This document shows positions 52,051 to 63,852 of a stretch of DNA of 64,000 nt, piece after piece. The notes under the pieces were generated by a model. It saw only the letters and a program-made list of their open reading frames with translations, was not told the origin of the DNA and searched no databases. The stretch's first letter is position 1. The number at the start of each line of letters is the position of its first letter. Position numbers and translations under genes: made by a program. The stretch lies in NCBI GenBank assembly GCA_002633005.1, contig NMRA01000097.1, positions 955,734 to 1,019,733 of the forward strand, given 5' to 3'. The stretch is from Phoronis australis. Lineage: Eukaryota > Animalia > Phoronida.

Positions 52051-54705
52051 GTAGGGTTTGAAGTATTATTTACCCATAACAGATATCATGGCTTCACCTA
52101 TGACCTATACACAACTTTCAGATGCTATGATTTTTAAAACATCCGGTAGTGATTTGATAAAGTTCTCGCACTTTGCCGTTTGTGAACGATAATTTGCCGT
52201 TTGTGAATGAGAATTTGCCATTTTCCATCAAAAAAGTGAAATTGACCACATCGTGGTCGTATATTTGTGTTGAAGCCCTTGTAAATGGTGAAGTCGAAAA
52301 AGCTTCCCTGCGTGAAATGATGTGCAACCGCTTTACACTTCACATTTTACCGGCTGACTAGTGATAGTTGATGCAAGCTAGAAAGATTACATGCATATGA
52401 GGGTTTCATCAATAACTTGAATAACGTACGTTTACGATTAAACTTGAGCTCTCAAGTGACTCGAAATTGCATAACAAATCTGTCTGTGAACTAGACATTT
52501 GGCTTGGCGCCTATCCTTGCCTGAGTTAGTAGGTGTATTCCGTGAAGCGAGATTCTGCGCGAGATATTGTAAAACTAACGAAGCACGTGATATGCGCCTG
52601 CGGAACTCCCCCCTGCACTTTGCAAAATTGGACCGTGAGCCTGTCCGATGTACCACAGCTTATAAAGTCATATTTACAAATTAAGACCAGTCATTGATAT
52701 CATTTAACATTGCTTAGTTTATTAATATGACAAATGTTTTGAGTACATAAACAAAAAAATTTATTCATTCAGAAACCGATTGAAGGAATTCGCCAATCGA
52801 TCACAACTTTGTTATACGGATATTTTAGAGGCTCGGAAAATATACTTGACTCTGGCGATCACGATATTCCTATAAAACGACTCAGATACTATTACTCCGA
52901 TACACACCCCAGAACTGCGTAACACTCAGGGTAAACATTTTCAAGTAAGCTATGAAGTATACCACCCTAGTTTCAGTAGTCTTGAAAGATCAGTCGGGAA
53001 TACGCGTTCATGACCTACGTGTAGGACCAAACAAGAATCAAGGTAGTGCCTCACCAATCACCAGTTGTCGATCCGTTCCGAGCAGTTGCTCAAGGTGTGC
53101 CCGGAGGTCTTCAAAGATATTATGTCCCATTAAAACCGTGAATACTCAAATTTGTAGCAAGCGCTTCAAGTGACTTCCTGTAGAACTGTGTGTACAAGTA
53201 TAGCTAGGAAAAGAAACAATTCGTAAATAAATTGCGGTTTTAAGGAAAGCACTTCAACTGATACTCTTAAAAACTAGAATATTGCGCAATCGTTATTTGA
53301 CAATAAAATAAACAAATAATATAAACTGTGCCTTGTTTCATTTGGGAAATTACGAAATATTGCCATACTCATTTGCATAAAGATAGTCTGCAAAACGAGA
53401 CTTTCGCGAGATTGTAATGGTAACTGGTTCTCAGATGGTTTCCGGCACACTGAAGAACCCGGGGTTGTTTATAAATTCACAATTTAATGAGACTATGTAT
53501 CTTAAGTGATCAAAGCAAAACGGGAGTACGCGCCGTAGGCGTAAGACGCTCACAAGTAAAGCTAGTGTGATAATTTGTTTCTCTTGTAATGCATGGCGAT
53601 ATCTTTGATAAGACTTGAGTAAATTCGCTTTGCTCGCAAAAAACGTGCTCTACGGAACGCAGCCCAGTAATCGAGGCATCACTCAAAACCATTTCGGAAG
53701 TAAAGTAGATAATTAAATCGACTTGTAACTTAGACCAACATAACAAAAACGTACAGTAATATGGTCTCTTTCGGTTTGAAACTGATCTGTCTTATTTGAT
53801 CTTTCCAAACGTGTATCGCACTAACAAATCATGAGCTTACTAAATACCAGTTGTAACGTGCTTGGTCGAAGCAGAGCGGAATTCATGTTCAGAGTCAAGA
53901 ATAACGTATTTACCCTCACTAATGGCCAGTCTCGGTAATTCATTATCGAAGCTAAATCATTCATTATTTAACTTGAGCCAGAAACTAAAGCAAATCTTAT
54001 AAACTGCAAATCAACTAGATCTTTTAATTGCAACCCACTTTCAATGGCTCCTAAAATACGCCATTGAAATTTTGCTGCGCTAATTTGCAAGCAATTATTT
54101 TGACATTTTAACACGAACTAACACACTCCCCAAATTTCGTAGGGGTAACTTCTCCTTCGTTGTTTGGGATGGAAGTGGCGACCGTACTACGATTGTCACA
54201 TAACCTGATAAAATGGTCACGTGACAATCCAGATTGTGTCTCCCTCTGTTGAGGTTGCTGCCTTTAGACAATTATTTTGATTTATAGGTTTAGAAAGCAA
54301 CAAGGCTTCAAGACCAGGAAGAATAGGAGAGCCTATAAGCAAAACTTTCAAACCATATAGACGGCTTTCAGAAACCACGCGATCGTTCTCATTATTATCC
54401 GACACCACATTCTAGGATTTCCCTTTTCTGCTCCAGTATATATATATTTGTAATTTGAGTTTCTACCCTACGCCTCCGCCTTCTACATGACCGACACTAC
54501 GGCACCAGACTGAAATTCCAAATCATGAATCTGCATGGCGAAATCAATAATCGTGATTAACTACTATTGTAACTCGCTTCAGTGCACTGTCCGCCAGCGT
54601 AAACCCGACTATGGCATGCACGTGATATCTGCGTCATCACCATAGGCCTGCAAACGTCTGCAGGTTAAGTTATAAAGGTCGAGATCATATGAAGGTAGAT
54701 TCACA

Positions 54706-54708
54706 GGC

Positions 54709-54749
<41 letters not shown>
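54706..54749. repeat. (CAGA)n microsatellite
   Basis: cagacagacagac... Confidence 0.95.
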
Positions 54750-54751
<2 letters not shown>

Positions 54752-55313
54752 TAGGATAATAGATTTGTTTGTCAAAACCAACCTCAACTGGTTCATAACT
54801 CGGATGAGACGTGGTTGTTCAGCTTAGAAAAAATAAAACTTCATTATTGTTGGAGACCATGCTCATAGCGAGTCAAGAGCCTGGTTTAAGCGATGACGAG
54901 CTGAGATGGAAGGCGAGTTCAAGGACGTTTAATTGGTTTTGGCGGTTAGATCCTCCGACACCTGTTAGTCGATAAAGGAATAAAATGAATTCGTCAGCGT
55001 ATTGTAGGCTTTCTACAATTTGTCAGTGTGTAAAAGGTCCACCAAACAAGTGCAAAGCTCAGTGCGCATGTTCCAACTTTTACTTCCATCTCTATGACTG
55101 GCACTCGGCTCACGTGGCTTAATTAGTAGCTACGGTAACGTACACATCGTTCGAGTGTCACTAAAAATCTTACAGCTTATTCACGGCTTAATTTGTTCAG
55201 TGTTCGGCATGCTCCTCCAGGACATCCATCACAAAACGTAATCACACTTGTGTAAAAGACAATACAATTCCATGGACGACACGTAACGAAAGTTTTTTTT
55301 CATATCGTTGCAG

Positions 55314-55412
55314 AATGGTAAAACGTCCCTCCATCTTGCCGCTGAAAATGGTCACGTGGAGACAGTCGAGAAGTTATTGGCTATGAAAGCTGACGTCACG
55401 ATTAAAGACAAG
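55314..55412 (+). CDS. ANKDD1A: ANKDD1A-like ankyrin exon
   Basis: 99-nt exon: NGKTSLHLAAENGHVETVEKLLAMKADVTIKDK. Confidence 0.92.
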
Positions 55413-55661
55413 GTACGTCAGAAGTCAACGTTGCGTAGGTGATGACGTTTTCAATGTCGGGTTTATAATGTTCCGGTAGCGCTAGTCCAGATCCAATAGA
55501 GGGAGTTGCTGAATACATTAAAGTGGTGTCACCAACTTGGCTCGTTATTAACTAAAAGTCGACACTTCCCAACATCCGTCCGTAAACAAACGGAACAAAA
55601 ATTTATTATTTTGGCATTGTATTTTCTAAAAAAAAACTGTATCATGTCGTTGCTTTTCCAG

Positions 55662-55859
55662 GTCGGCCAAACACCTCTTCATTTGGCTTCTGCCAATGGA
55701 CACGACCGTGTGGCCAAACTTTTACTTCAAACCGACATTGAAATTGACGACCCCGAACAAGATGGGCGCACGTGTCTTTATCTCGCCGCCGAAAATGGAC
55801 ACGCGGATTGCGTGTTCAGTTTGTTAACAGCCACAGCGAACCCGAACGCCCAGTCGGTG
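55662..55859 (+). CDS. ANKDD1A: ANKDD1A-like exon encoding two ankyrin repeats
   Basis: 198-nt exon, ttccag| ... GTG|gtcagt: VGQTPLHLASANGH...DGRTCLYLAAENGHADCV...NAQSV. Confidence 0.92.
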
Positions 55860-56064
55860 GTCAGTACACTACGAGCTAGCTTTGATTAAAAGTGTACTTG
55901 GACATTAAGTCATATTCAGTTATCTGATTGCCTAGATACGAAACGGCCAGGTTGACGACAATATTTCAACTATGGTTATTACACCTGTACATCAGTCCCA
56001 CCACTGTACCCAAAATAGCTAAATGTCCTTCCTCCAACATTACAAGTGTGTGGGACTTCCTTCC

Positions 56065-56361
56065 TACGGCAGCACTTTAGTGCCAAACAACGAAAAATAA
56101 AATTCGAGAAAAAAATTGTAATAACGTTGTTTTCTCTGGTAATTACGACTTTCTTCGAGTAATTTCGTTTTTTTCGTAATTACGTAAGGTCGAAATTACG
56201 AGACAAAAGTTCTTAATACGAGAAAGAAAGTCGTAATTACGAGAAAAAAATTCATACTTATGGAAAAAGTCGTAGTTACGAGAAAAAAGTCATTGCGAAT
56301 TTTTTATCGAATTTTATTTTTGAATTTTATTTTTTGTTGTTTTGCACTAAAATGCTGCGTA
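56065..56361. mobile_element. MITE with TAC..GTA termini, 6-bp TSD and internal attacgagaaaaaagtcgta repeats (IS3EU-like)
   Basis: CCTTCC|tacggcagcactttagtgc ... gcactaaaatgctgcgta|CCTTCA. Confidence 0.75.
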
Positions 56362-56626
56362 CCTTCATACAACTTTGTGAGAACTCCCAATGACCTTCGC
56401 GCTTCCCTGTGAGATTGGTACTTTTAGAATCTGATTACTTTTTAAAATGATCACCCGTTAGCAAACAGCAACGGGGTGGAGCCGTGATATTGTACAGGTG
56501 AGAAGAAGACAGAAAAGCATAGTCCGGTACAGAAGTTTCTCCCGTAAGGTTATCCAGTGTACTGCTCCTGAGTCACACATCATTGATACACTGTAAACGT
56601 TCGTTCAGATTTCAGACCTCGGCTAT

Positions 56627-56851
56627 TACGGTGGCTGTGAAAGGACGGCACGGCAACTATTTTTCTCCGTTGCTGACTCTATCGATAGACTTATTAACTC
56701 TATCGATAGACTTACTATCTCTATCGATAGAATTTCTAACTCTATCGATAAACTTATTAACTCTATCGATAGAGTTATTAAGTCTATCGATAGAGTTATC
56801 AACGGAGAGAAAAAGTTGCCGTGCGTCCTTCCGGCTTTCACAGCCACCGTA
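56627..56851. mobile_element. MITE with TACGG..CCGTA termini, 6-bp TSD and internal 21-bp palindromic tandem array (IS3EU-like)
   Basis: GGCTAT|tacggtggctgtgaaag ... ctttcacagccaccgta|GGCTAT; six units with core tctatcgataga. Confidence 0.85.
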
Positions 56852-57014
56852 GGCTATAGTACCGTGAGTTGACATATTTCTTTCTCTTGCTGAAGAGCTT
56901 ATAATTGCCCTTTTTCTTAGGCTGCAGATCAAATCGACTCTAAATCTCACGCTTAAAAAGTGGAAATGGACATATGGGCCTTCTCTTTTCTAATCTGATT
57001 CTTGCATCTTTCAG

Positions 57015-57113
57015 AAGGAAATGACACCTCTGCAAATCAGCGCCGCCAACGGTCACCAGGAAGTTGTTCGAACTCTGCTGGAGTTTGGGTGTAATGCGAA
57101 CTCATTAAATCAC
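57015..57113 (+). CDS. ANKDD1A: ANKDD1A-like ankyrin exon
   Basis: 99-nt exon: KEMTPLQISAANGHQEVVRTLLEFGCNANSLNH. Confidence 0.9.
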
Positions 57114-58004
57114 GTAGGTGCACGTGTAACAATGAGCGTTTCCTCGTATAATTATTCTTGAATTAATTCTTTTGTTAAGTGGTTCGCATACATGAGTGGG
57201 TGCCTGTGTTTCACTTATCGCCGCATGTGACTAGTACATGTAAGTCTGAAATTATTAATAGTATTTTCCGGATGGCTCTTGGTCATTCTTTGTAATTTCA
57301 AGTCTACATTGTAATGGTTTCATTAATTATGCACCTTGGTTTTTGTGCAAGTGTTAGGCGTATATTCCGAATGTAAGTAGAGTGACATGGGGCAAAAAGC
57401 CTACGCGGGGTCAAACGCCTACCCCTATAAGTCGGGAATTATACAACGTAGGCAGCCACGTGATGCATTACGTCTTCCGGTTTCACACGATCGTCTGCTG
57501 ATACGTTTTTTGGAACTCAGACTTCAACGGTATGTTTATGAGCTAGGCTTCTTTGTTTACGTTGGTTTTCTTGTAAAAACGACACTTCGTTACTTTTAGT
57601 GTCGTATGTGTTACTAATAATAACTGTCAGTTCAGATGATTTTTCCTGCTAAATCTTTGTATTAAGTTGTTGTTAGAATCATCAGTTTTTGATCTGTGAT
57701 TTTTTTACGGTTAAGAATATTGGCATATGTTCGACATATGATGTAGAGCCATCTAACCCAAATCAAATGCAGTTATTTTGAAGTATTTCTGAAACCTATG
57801 GAGGAAGAAAAACAGGTCTTTGATTAAGGGCGTTTTGCCCCAAGTTACTCTACAGCTCAACATATATGCGCATGTACTGTCCTAAATACGCGGGTCTGTC
57901 ACAGGCGTACTACGATTATACGCGAACAAAAATGTATAGGACCATAGTCCCGCGGGCCTATATTCGTTTCCATAATTATAGCCACAATTATTTTTTTTCT
58001 TCGC

Positions 58005-58195
58005 TTCGTGATTCTGTTATCCGTGGTTTTCATGTATGTGGCCGTTGCTATGTCGTACACCACGAAGGAAGTGTTATTGACTACTGCAGTATGACGGTTG
58101 TAAAAGATAGTAGAACGGTGGGACACTTACCAAAGGAAATTTCGGGAATGTGTTTCTATTTCCGTGGACGAGGTGGAAGCATCCAAGTTCATTTG
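58005..58195 (+). pseudogene. HIRAN-like domain fragment, probably transposon-borne, in an ANKDD1 intron
   Basis: SVIRGFHV...D..SMTVVKDSRTVGHLPKEISGMCFYFRGRGGSI matches the invertebrate SxIRGYHVY / VGHLPREIS / FLxRGGxI pattern, with an internal deletion. Confidence 0.6.
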
Positions 58196-58997
58196 ATTTT
58201 CAGAGACTCATTTAACCGCGTGGGGTCCGTTCCAATCTCGCCGGTGAAAAAGTCCCTTGTTCCTAGGAGTTTTTCTTCAATTAGATGAGAAAAATGTTAA
58301 AGACGAGTTTCCGTTATAAACCCATGTGCAAACACAATGGCCGGATTAACACTTCCAGGAGTAACAGTTCAATTGTCTGTCACAGTATATGTTTCTAAAT
58401 ATGCTGTCAACTACGGAATATTTGGTCAAGCGCACGCTTGTAATCATAACGTCGTTTTCAGCGGCCAGCCAGATTTGCTTACGGAAAACATTCGTCCTGA
58501 CTAATTTTATGAACCACTCTCAGTGTATAGGGCTCGCGTATTTGGAGTGCTAGATTAGGTAAATGTATGCCATGTTCCAAATGTACGCCCCGGGTCTTAA
58601 TTACGGAAAAACTCGTTACAAACGGCTGATTTAGTAAACCTTGAAAGTCTGGGCGAGAGTAAATACGAAAATCTGATAGCGTTTGAACGGATTTTTTTTT
58701 GCAAAATGAACGTTTTAATTGCTGTGGTTACAAAATACAACACGTAACTAATTGGCAACTCTTTTCACTTAATTAGAGAGAGAGTATGGTTCAATTTCGA
58801 ACACCACGTAGTCTTATCATATTGCGTTTGATTCGAATATCCGTTGGGAAGCTAAATTTGAAAGTCCTCACGCAGTGACTCTACAGTACACATGGAGATA
58901 ATTAAGGGACTTGTTGATATTCAACTTTTGAGTGAATTTATCAGCCATATCAGCAACTTTTCATGGGTTTTAACAAGTCACATTTCTTGTTTTACAG

Positions 58998-59096
58998 CAA
59001 GGCAACACTGCTCTCCACCTAGCGGCGTTGGGTGATCACGCGGAAGTGGTGGCGCTTCTAACACAACACGGTGCTGATTTAAATGTACAGAATAAA
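58998..59096 (+). CDS. ANKDD1A: ANKDD1A-like ankyrin exon
   Basis: 99-nt exon: QGNTALHLAALGDHAEVVALLTQHGADLNVQNK. Confidence 0.92.
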
Positions 59097-60130
59097 GTAA
59101 GAGTCGAGCAAAAATACTTGATGTTAGGGAGTTTCAAAACATTTGAATGATTTTATCATTGAATTTTGTAAAAATACTTTCATGCTAACTCCCATTAGAG
59201 TATTCGTATGATTGTGTGCTGTTTAAGTACTGGGAAAAAGACTGAAAACTAGGTGTGAGTGCTTGGCAAGTCAAGAGGAGTTACATCTTTTTAAAGAGCT
59301 TTATTGAGAGACGTGAAACATTTCTCATTGACATTTTCACAGTTCTTCTCTGTTTCAGTTCTAAAAATAAAAACAAAATGCATAGCAAACCTCACAGATA
59401 AGACCAAATGCAAATTCGGAAATACCAAATAAGAAAATACCATGAAAAATACCTCAATACTGCCGCTCCCTGGCTCTCCTCACTGACGCCAAATATGCAC
59501 TGCCACAATGTAAGTAAATCGAGTCAGCGCACAACACTTATACTGAAATGAGGGTCAGGTCACATGCAAATGACATTCAGTTCATTCAGTCATGAATATA
59601 CACGTGACCATGAGCCACCCGGAGCAAACAAACGTGAAGTATCTTACACTAGGACTAACCATACCAATTAGGCTTTCCTGCAAACACCTGCCGCAAGGTT
59701 GCTGCAAAGCTGCGGCAGGCGTGGTGGAGTACCGGGTTGTCAGCTCAAGTGTAAGGACTAGTTCCACCACAAATTGGGTCTTGCGAGATATCACCGAACC
59801 CGTGAATTACTGATGTCAACAACTTGGCCCAGGTACTTCTGAGTTCCGTATACAGACGTAAGACTCTCACGAGAAAAGCTAGCGTGGTCAGGTGCTTCCA
59901 AGACTTCTAATGCATGGCGACATCTAGCGAGACTTCTGTGGTCTTGCGTTTTTGTGAATCTGCGTCTACGAATCGCCCTGCGTGTGGATGAAAATCGGTC
60001 AGTGGAATACAAACCGTTTACATGGACTCAAAATGTGGTAATAGAGGTAACTCTTATTACCCGCCAATACATTATTATGTTGAATAGATCTTTAGCCACG
60101 TGGTGAGGGTCCATTATTTATCTTTTTCAG

Positions 60131-60229
60131 AGAATGCTAACGGCGTTGCACACTGCCGTGGAGAACGGTTTGGTGAACGCGGTGGAGGCGTTACTTGTAG
60201 CTGGTGCCGACATAAGACTCAAAGACAAG
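60131..60229 (+). CDS. ANKDD1A: ANKDD1A-like ankyrin exon
   Basis: 99-nt exon: RMLTALHTAVENGLVNAVEALLVAGADIRLKDK. Confidence 0.92.
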
Positions 60230-60457
60230 GTAGGCGCTTTATTTGTTTTCCCTTACGCATTTCGTAAAAACGAGGTGAACCTAATTCTAAATAATTTATT
60301 CGTGTCGAATTATGTAGCCTACAATGGCGCTATAGCCTGGCGCAACGTGACGCCACAATTGTCAATATTTGTCAGGTATAATGCTCGTGATACCGGTCAA
60401 AAATAGCATGGTTCTGCAACAGGCTTACTTTTACACACTGTTGGTTTTCTGTTCCAG

Positions 60458-60553
60458 AATGGAAAGACACCTCTGACAATGGCCGCCAGGGGGAGCTTCG
60501 TTACTATTGTGGATATGATAATTAAAGCGGAAAGACTCGAAATGTTAAGACCG
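60458..60553 (+). CDS. ANKDD1A: ANKDD1A-like last ankyrin exon
   Basis: 96-nt exon: NGKTPLTMAARGSFVTIVDMIIKAERLEMLRP (VDMIIKA.R motif of ANKDD1). Confidence 0.92.
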
Positions 60554-61000
60554 GTAAGTTTTGAAAAGTTTTGTTTCATAGTGGAAAGAAAGACGAATTG
60601 GTTGTGCGAAAATTAAGAAAAAACATGTCTCACGTGATTACTAACGCGATACATTATTTTCATTAACTCTACGTTTCTATGATCGATTTGATAGGTGGTT
60701 TTTACAAGTATATAATTGGTATTCTAAAAACTGTGAGAAGAAGTAGGCCTAAACTCTTGGTTACCAAGGTGCAATGAAAACATAATTATAAAACGGTCGC
60801 ACATTTTATGAAGTGACCATCCTACGGACCATGATAGAGATCGACGTACAACAAATCTCACCCACAGACGATGATGAACTTTTGTTGCAAGGTGCTTGGA
60901 TACAGACATGGTTTTGAGCCACGACACCTCGTTGAAGCTGCAATTTCCAAGTGCAACCTTGTTCATAAGATTTCTAGTCTACTGATGTTTGCTCTTTCAG

Positions 61001-61244
61001 GCCGTCACAAACGGGGCGACGGAAACAGCGACCTCAAGCGACAGCGATTCACACCAAAGCTTTCCCATACCGCCTCCGGAAAAAATGCAGTTCAAGAAAT
61101 CTAATAACATGTATTACGGACAAATGAAAGACATTCTGTTTAAATTAGCTCACCAGCAGCTGAAGCAAGGCGAGTGGCGACATCTGGCGAGTTTCTGGTT
61201 GTTCACAGATGACCAATTGAAGGCGCTTGAGCATCAGTACACTG
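61001..61244 (+). CDS. ANKDD1A: ANKDD1A-like linker and first half of death domain
   Basis: ctttcag| ... ACT G|gtgcgt. Translates ...QMKDILFKLAHQQLKQGEWRHLASFWLFTDDQLKALEHQYTG. Confidence 0.9.
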
Positions 61245-61369
61245 GTGCGTAGGGTTTATTGATATTGGCGTTGTCGCCGATACCACACTCAAAACTTTTT
61301 CAGATCGTCAATTTGGTTGCTTGTGCGGAAGTATCATTTTCAGCCGAATTAAGATTTTAAAAAATAATT

Positions 61370-61582
61370 GTAGGCGGTTTGGTACTCGTTGTACCAGATT
61401 TGGGCAGCCGCGGTCGTTGGGTGAGCCCATTGCACTGATCACCTAAAGCCATTCAGTGCATTATAGCCGAGCTGAGGAGATAGCGACGTGCTCAAGGGTC
61501 TAGCAGTGTGCCCCAGTGGGTCTCGAACCCACGACACTCAGTAAAGGAAGCGAACACCTGTCCCACTAGGCCACACTGCCTC
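61370..61582 (-). mobile_element. tRNA-derived SINE
   Basis: Minus strand: gaggcagtgTGGCCTAGTGG (A box) ... GGTTCGAGACC (B box) then cccttgagca, typical of SINE central domains. Confidence 0.65.
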
Positions 61583-61974
61583 CTCAATTAAAACTTTACT
61601 AGACCGAAAGTTCGAAAAGCAGCGGTTGTGCTATTGTTTGTAGCGGAATAGATCGATTTATAACCGGGCTAGGATATCGCACGCCCCTCCGTACTTGATC
61701 GCGTAAACTGGCGATGACTTACCGTTTGTTGGTTATTGCATTTTTTTTACCTTTTGATGTCCACTTCATCGTGCGTATTGTATATATGTATAAAAAAGAC
61801 TCCAATTCGGACCGAGACACTCGTTTACATACAGGATTGACGCGTGACATCCCTTAATCTTGGTTGGCCAGAAAATCTGCGTCCTTCGTTATCACTATGC
61901 CTGAGTGGGAAAGAATACTCAAGGTTAATATCCAAAACGTTTAAGACATCTCGTTGCTACACCTTAAAGCCTAA

Positions 61975-62352
<378 letters not shown>

Positions 62353-62533
62353 TAGCTTATTGACGTCTGACACAGCAGGTTGAGCCTGATGTTCTTCTGC
62401 GTCATACCTAAAGTGTGCTTCAGTGGTGTTTTGAGATTATCTTTTTTCACCAGTTTAGAATACATACTCTCATCCATCGAAACTCATCACCAAAATACGC
62501 AAATTTCGCAAATTACGTCTTTTGTCTTTCCAG

Positions 62534-62604
62534 AATCTATTAGGAAAAAGGTCAACGTACTGGCACAAGGTTCTGAGGCCCAGGGGTCATGCTGTCTTTC
62601 GTAA
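62534..62604 (+). CDS. ANKDD1A: ANKDD1A-like terminal exon ending in CaaX box
   Basis: ctttccag| phase 1. Translates ESIRKKVNVLAQGSEAQGSCCLS*. Confidence 0.88.
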
Positions 62605-63308
62605 ATAGTCCATCAGGTTTGGTGCAATCATGGACTCAATCGCCCATATACTCGTTACCTGACATACGACATGCAGTTACTCAATATTGTTTGTCCAGCT
62701 GGAGTGAAAAACGGTCAGCCAAGTTATGGGAAAATTTCACGACCAAAAGGAAGAGGCGAAGAAAGTCAAGAATTTCGTAGCAATGTGTATATTGGGATTA
62801 TCGACAGAATCGTGAATAGCAGAAGTTGCGGCCAAAGCTAAAGTATTGCCAAAGACTAATTATGAGGTGCTATTACGAGCTTTGGTATTATCGGTGACTG
62901 GAGGTTTCCATTTTGGTTGGTTGAAGCAAACTGCTCCATAGAAAGGAATTGTGGGTCCAAATTACTGCACTAGTGTGAATCATGAAGTTGGCGTGCCATT
63001 TAAAAAAAATCTTCGAATGTTGTCCAACAGTTACTGTGCACAGCTTCTAGACTCTGTTTAGCCTTAAACATCTGCGTTTATAACACCCACTTAAACCATC
63101 TATCAAATACATCTACAACAAAACATAAAACTTGTACAAGCTTAGGGAAGGAATTGAACTCGCGACATATTTCACTAACCTTCAAACACAAGTACCTGAC
63201 AGAAAGACATTTCTCATGCTTTTTGTACCCTGCTCCTGTTTTAGTCTGGTAGTCGGAAATGGCTACACAGAAATTTCCGTAGTATAAATTTTTTCGTTTG
63301 TTTTATGC

Positions 63309-63852
63309 CACCCCTGAAGCATTTTAGTTAGCGTTACAATCCACCTTGAGCATTTTTAATTATGCAAATTAAGCCGTCCTTATGCAAAATTCTATGTTTG
63401 CTTGTAACTTCCTCACAAAGCACTACAGGTTGATTATTGTGATGTCATCACACCTGCTCTCTTGATCAGTGAATTCAATGTAGTTGCTTTGAAGTGGAGG
63501 CACGGCCACTCTCATAAAACGGTCATAACTGAGGCTAGAACTAAAAATGTTAGAATCACGAGCATAGTTTTGTTTCCAACTTTCAAAATTTGCAACAAAA
63601 CGCAAGAATAAGCATTCCACGGGCTTAAAACAAACAACTCAAACCATGACAATTTTTGTGATACTGTACATCAGTAGGTGGCAAATCAAGAGGTTCAGTT
63701 ACCATGGAAACATAGGTAAAACATCAAAATAATCTACTTATGGTGCATGGTAAGGAAGTGATAAAAGCAGAGTTTTACATAATGACTGCCTTAATTTGCA
63801 TATTTAAAACTGGTTGTCATGATTACAACCCAGTCAAAATGCTTCATGGGAG
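63309..63852. mobile_element. Long-TIR non-autonomous element of the ATGCAAAT-rich family
   Basis: cccctgaagcatttt...tatgcaaattaag at the left is inverted at the right as cttaatttgcata...aaaatgcttcatggg. Confidence 0.65.

Noticed and set aside
56583-56950. Heptad-like LSIDLLT repeat ORFs and a CRISPR-like appearance
   Set aside because: 21-bp tandem units inside a MITE; no unique spacers, no cas genes, eukaryotic context.
59900-59960. WRHLARLL resembling an extra death-domain exon
   Set aside because: Part of a three-copy dispersed repeat (also ~9100 and ~53590) and lacks suitable splice sites.
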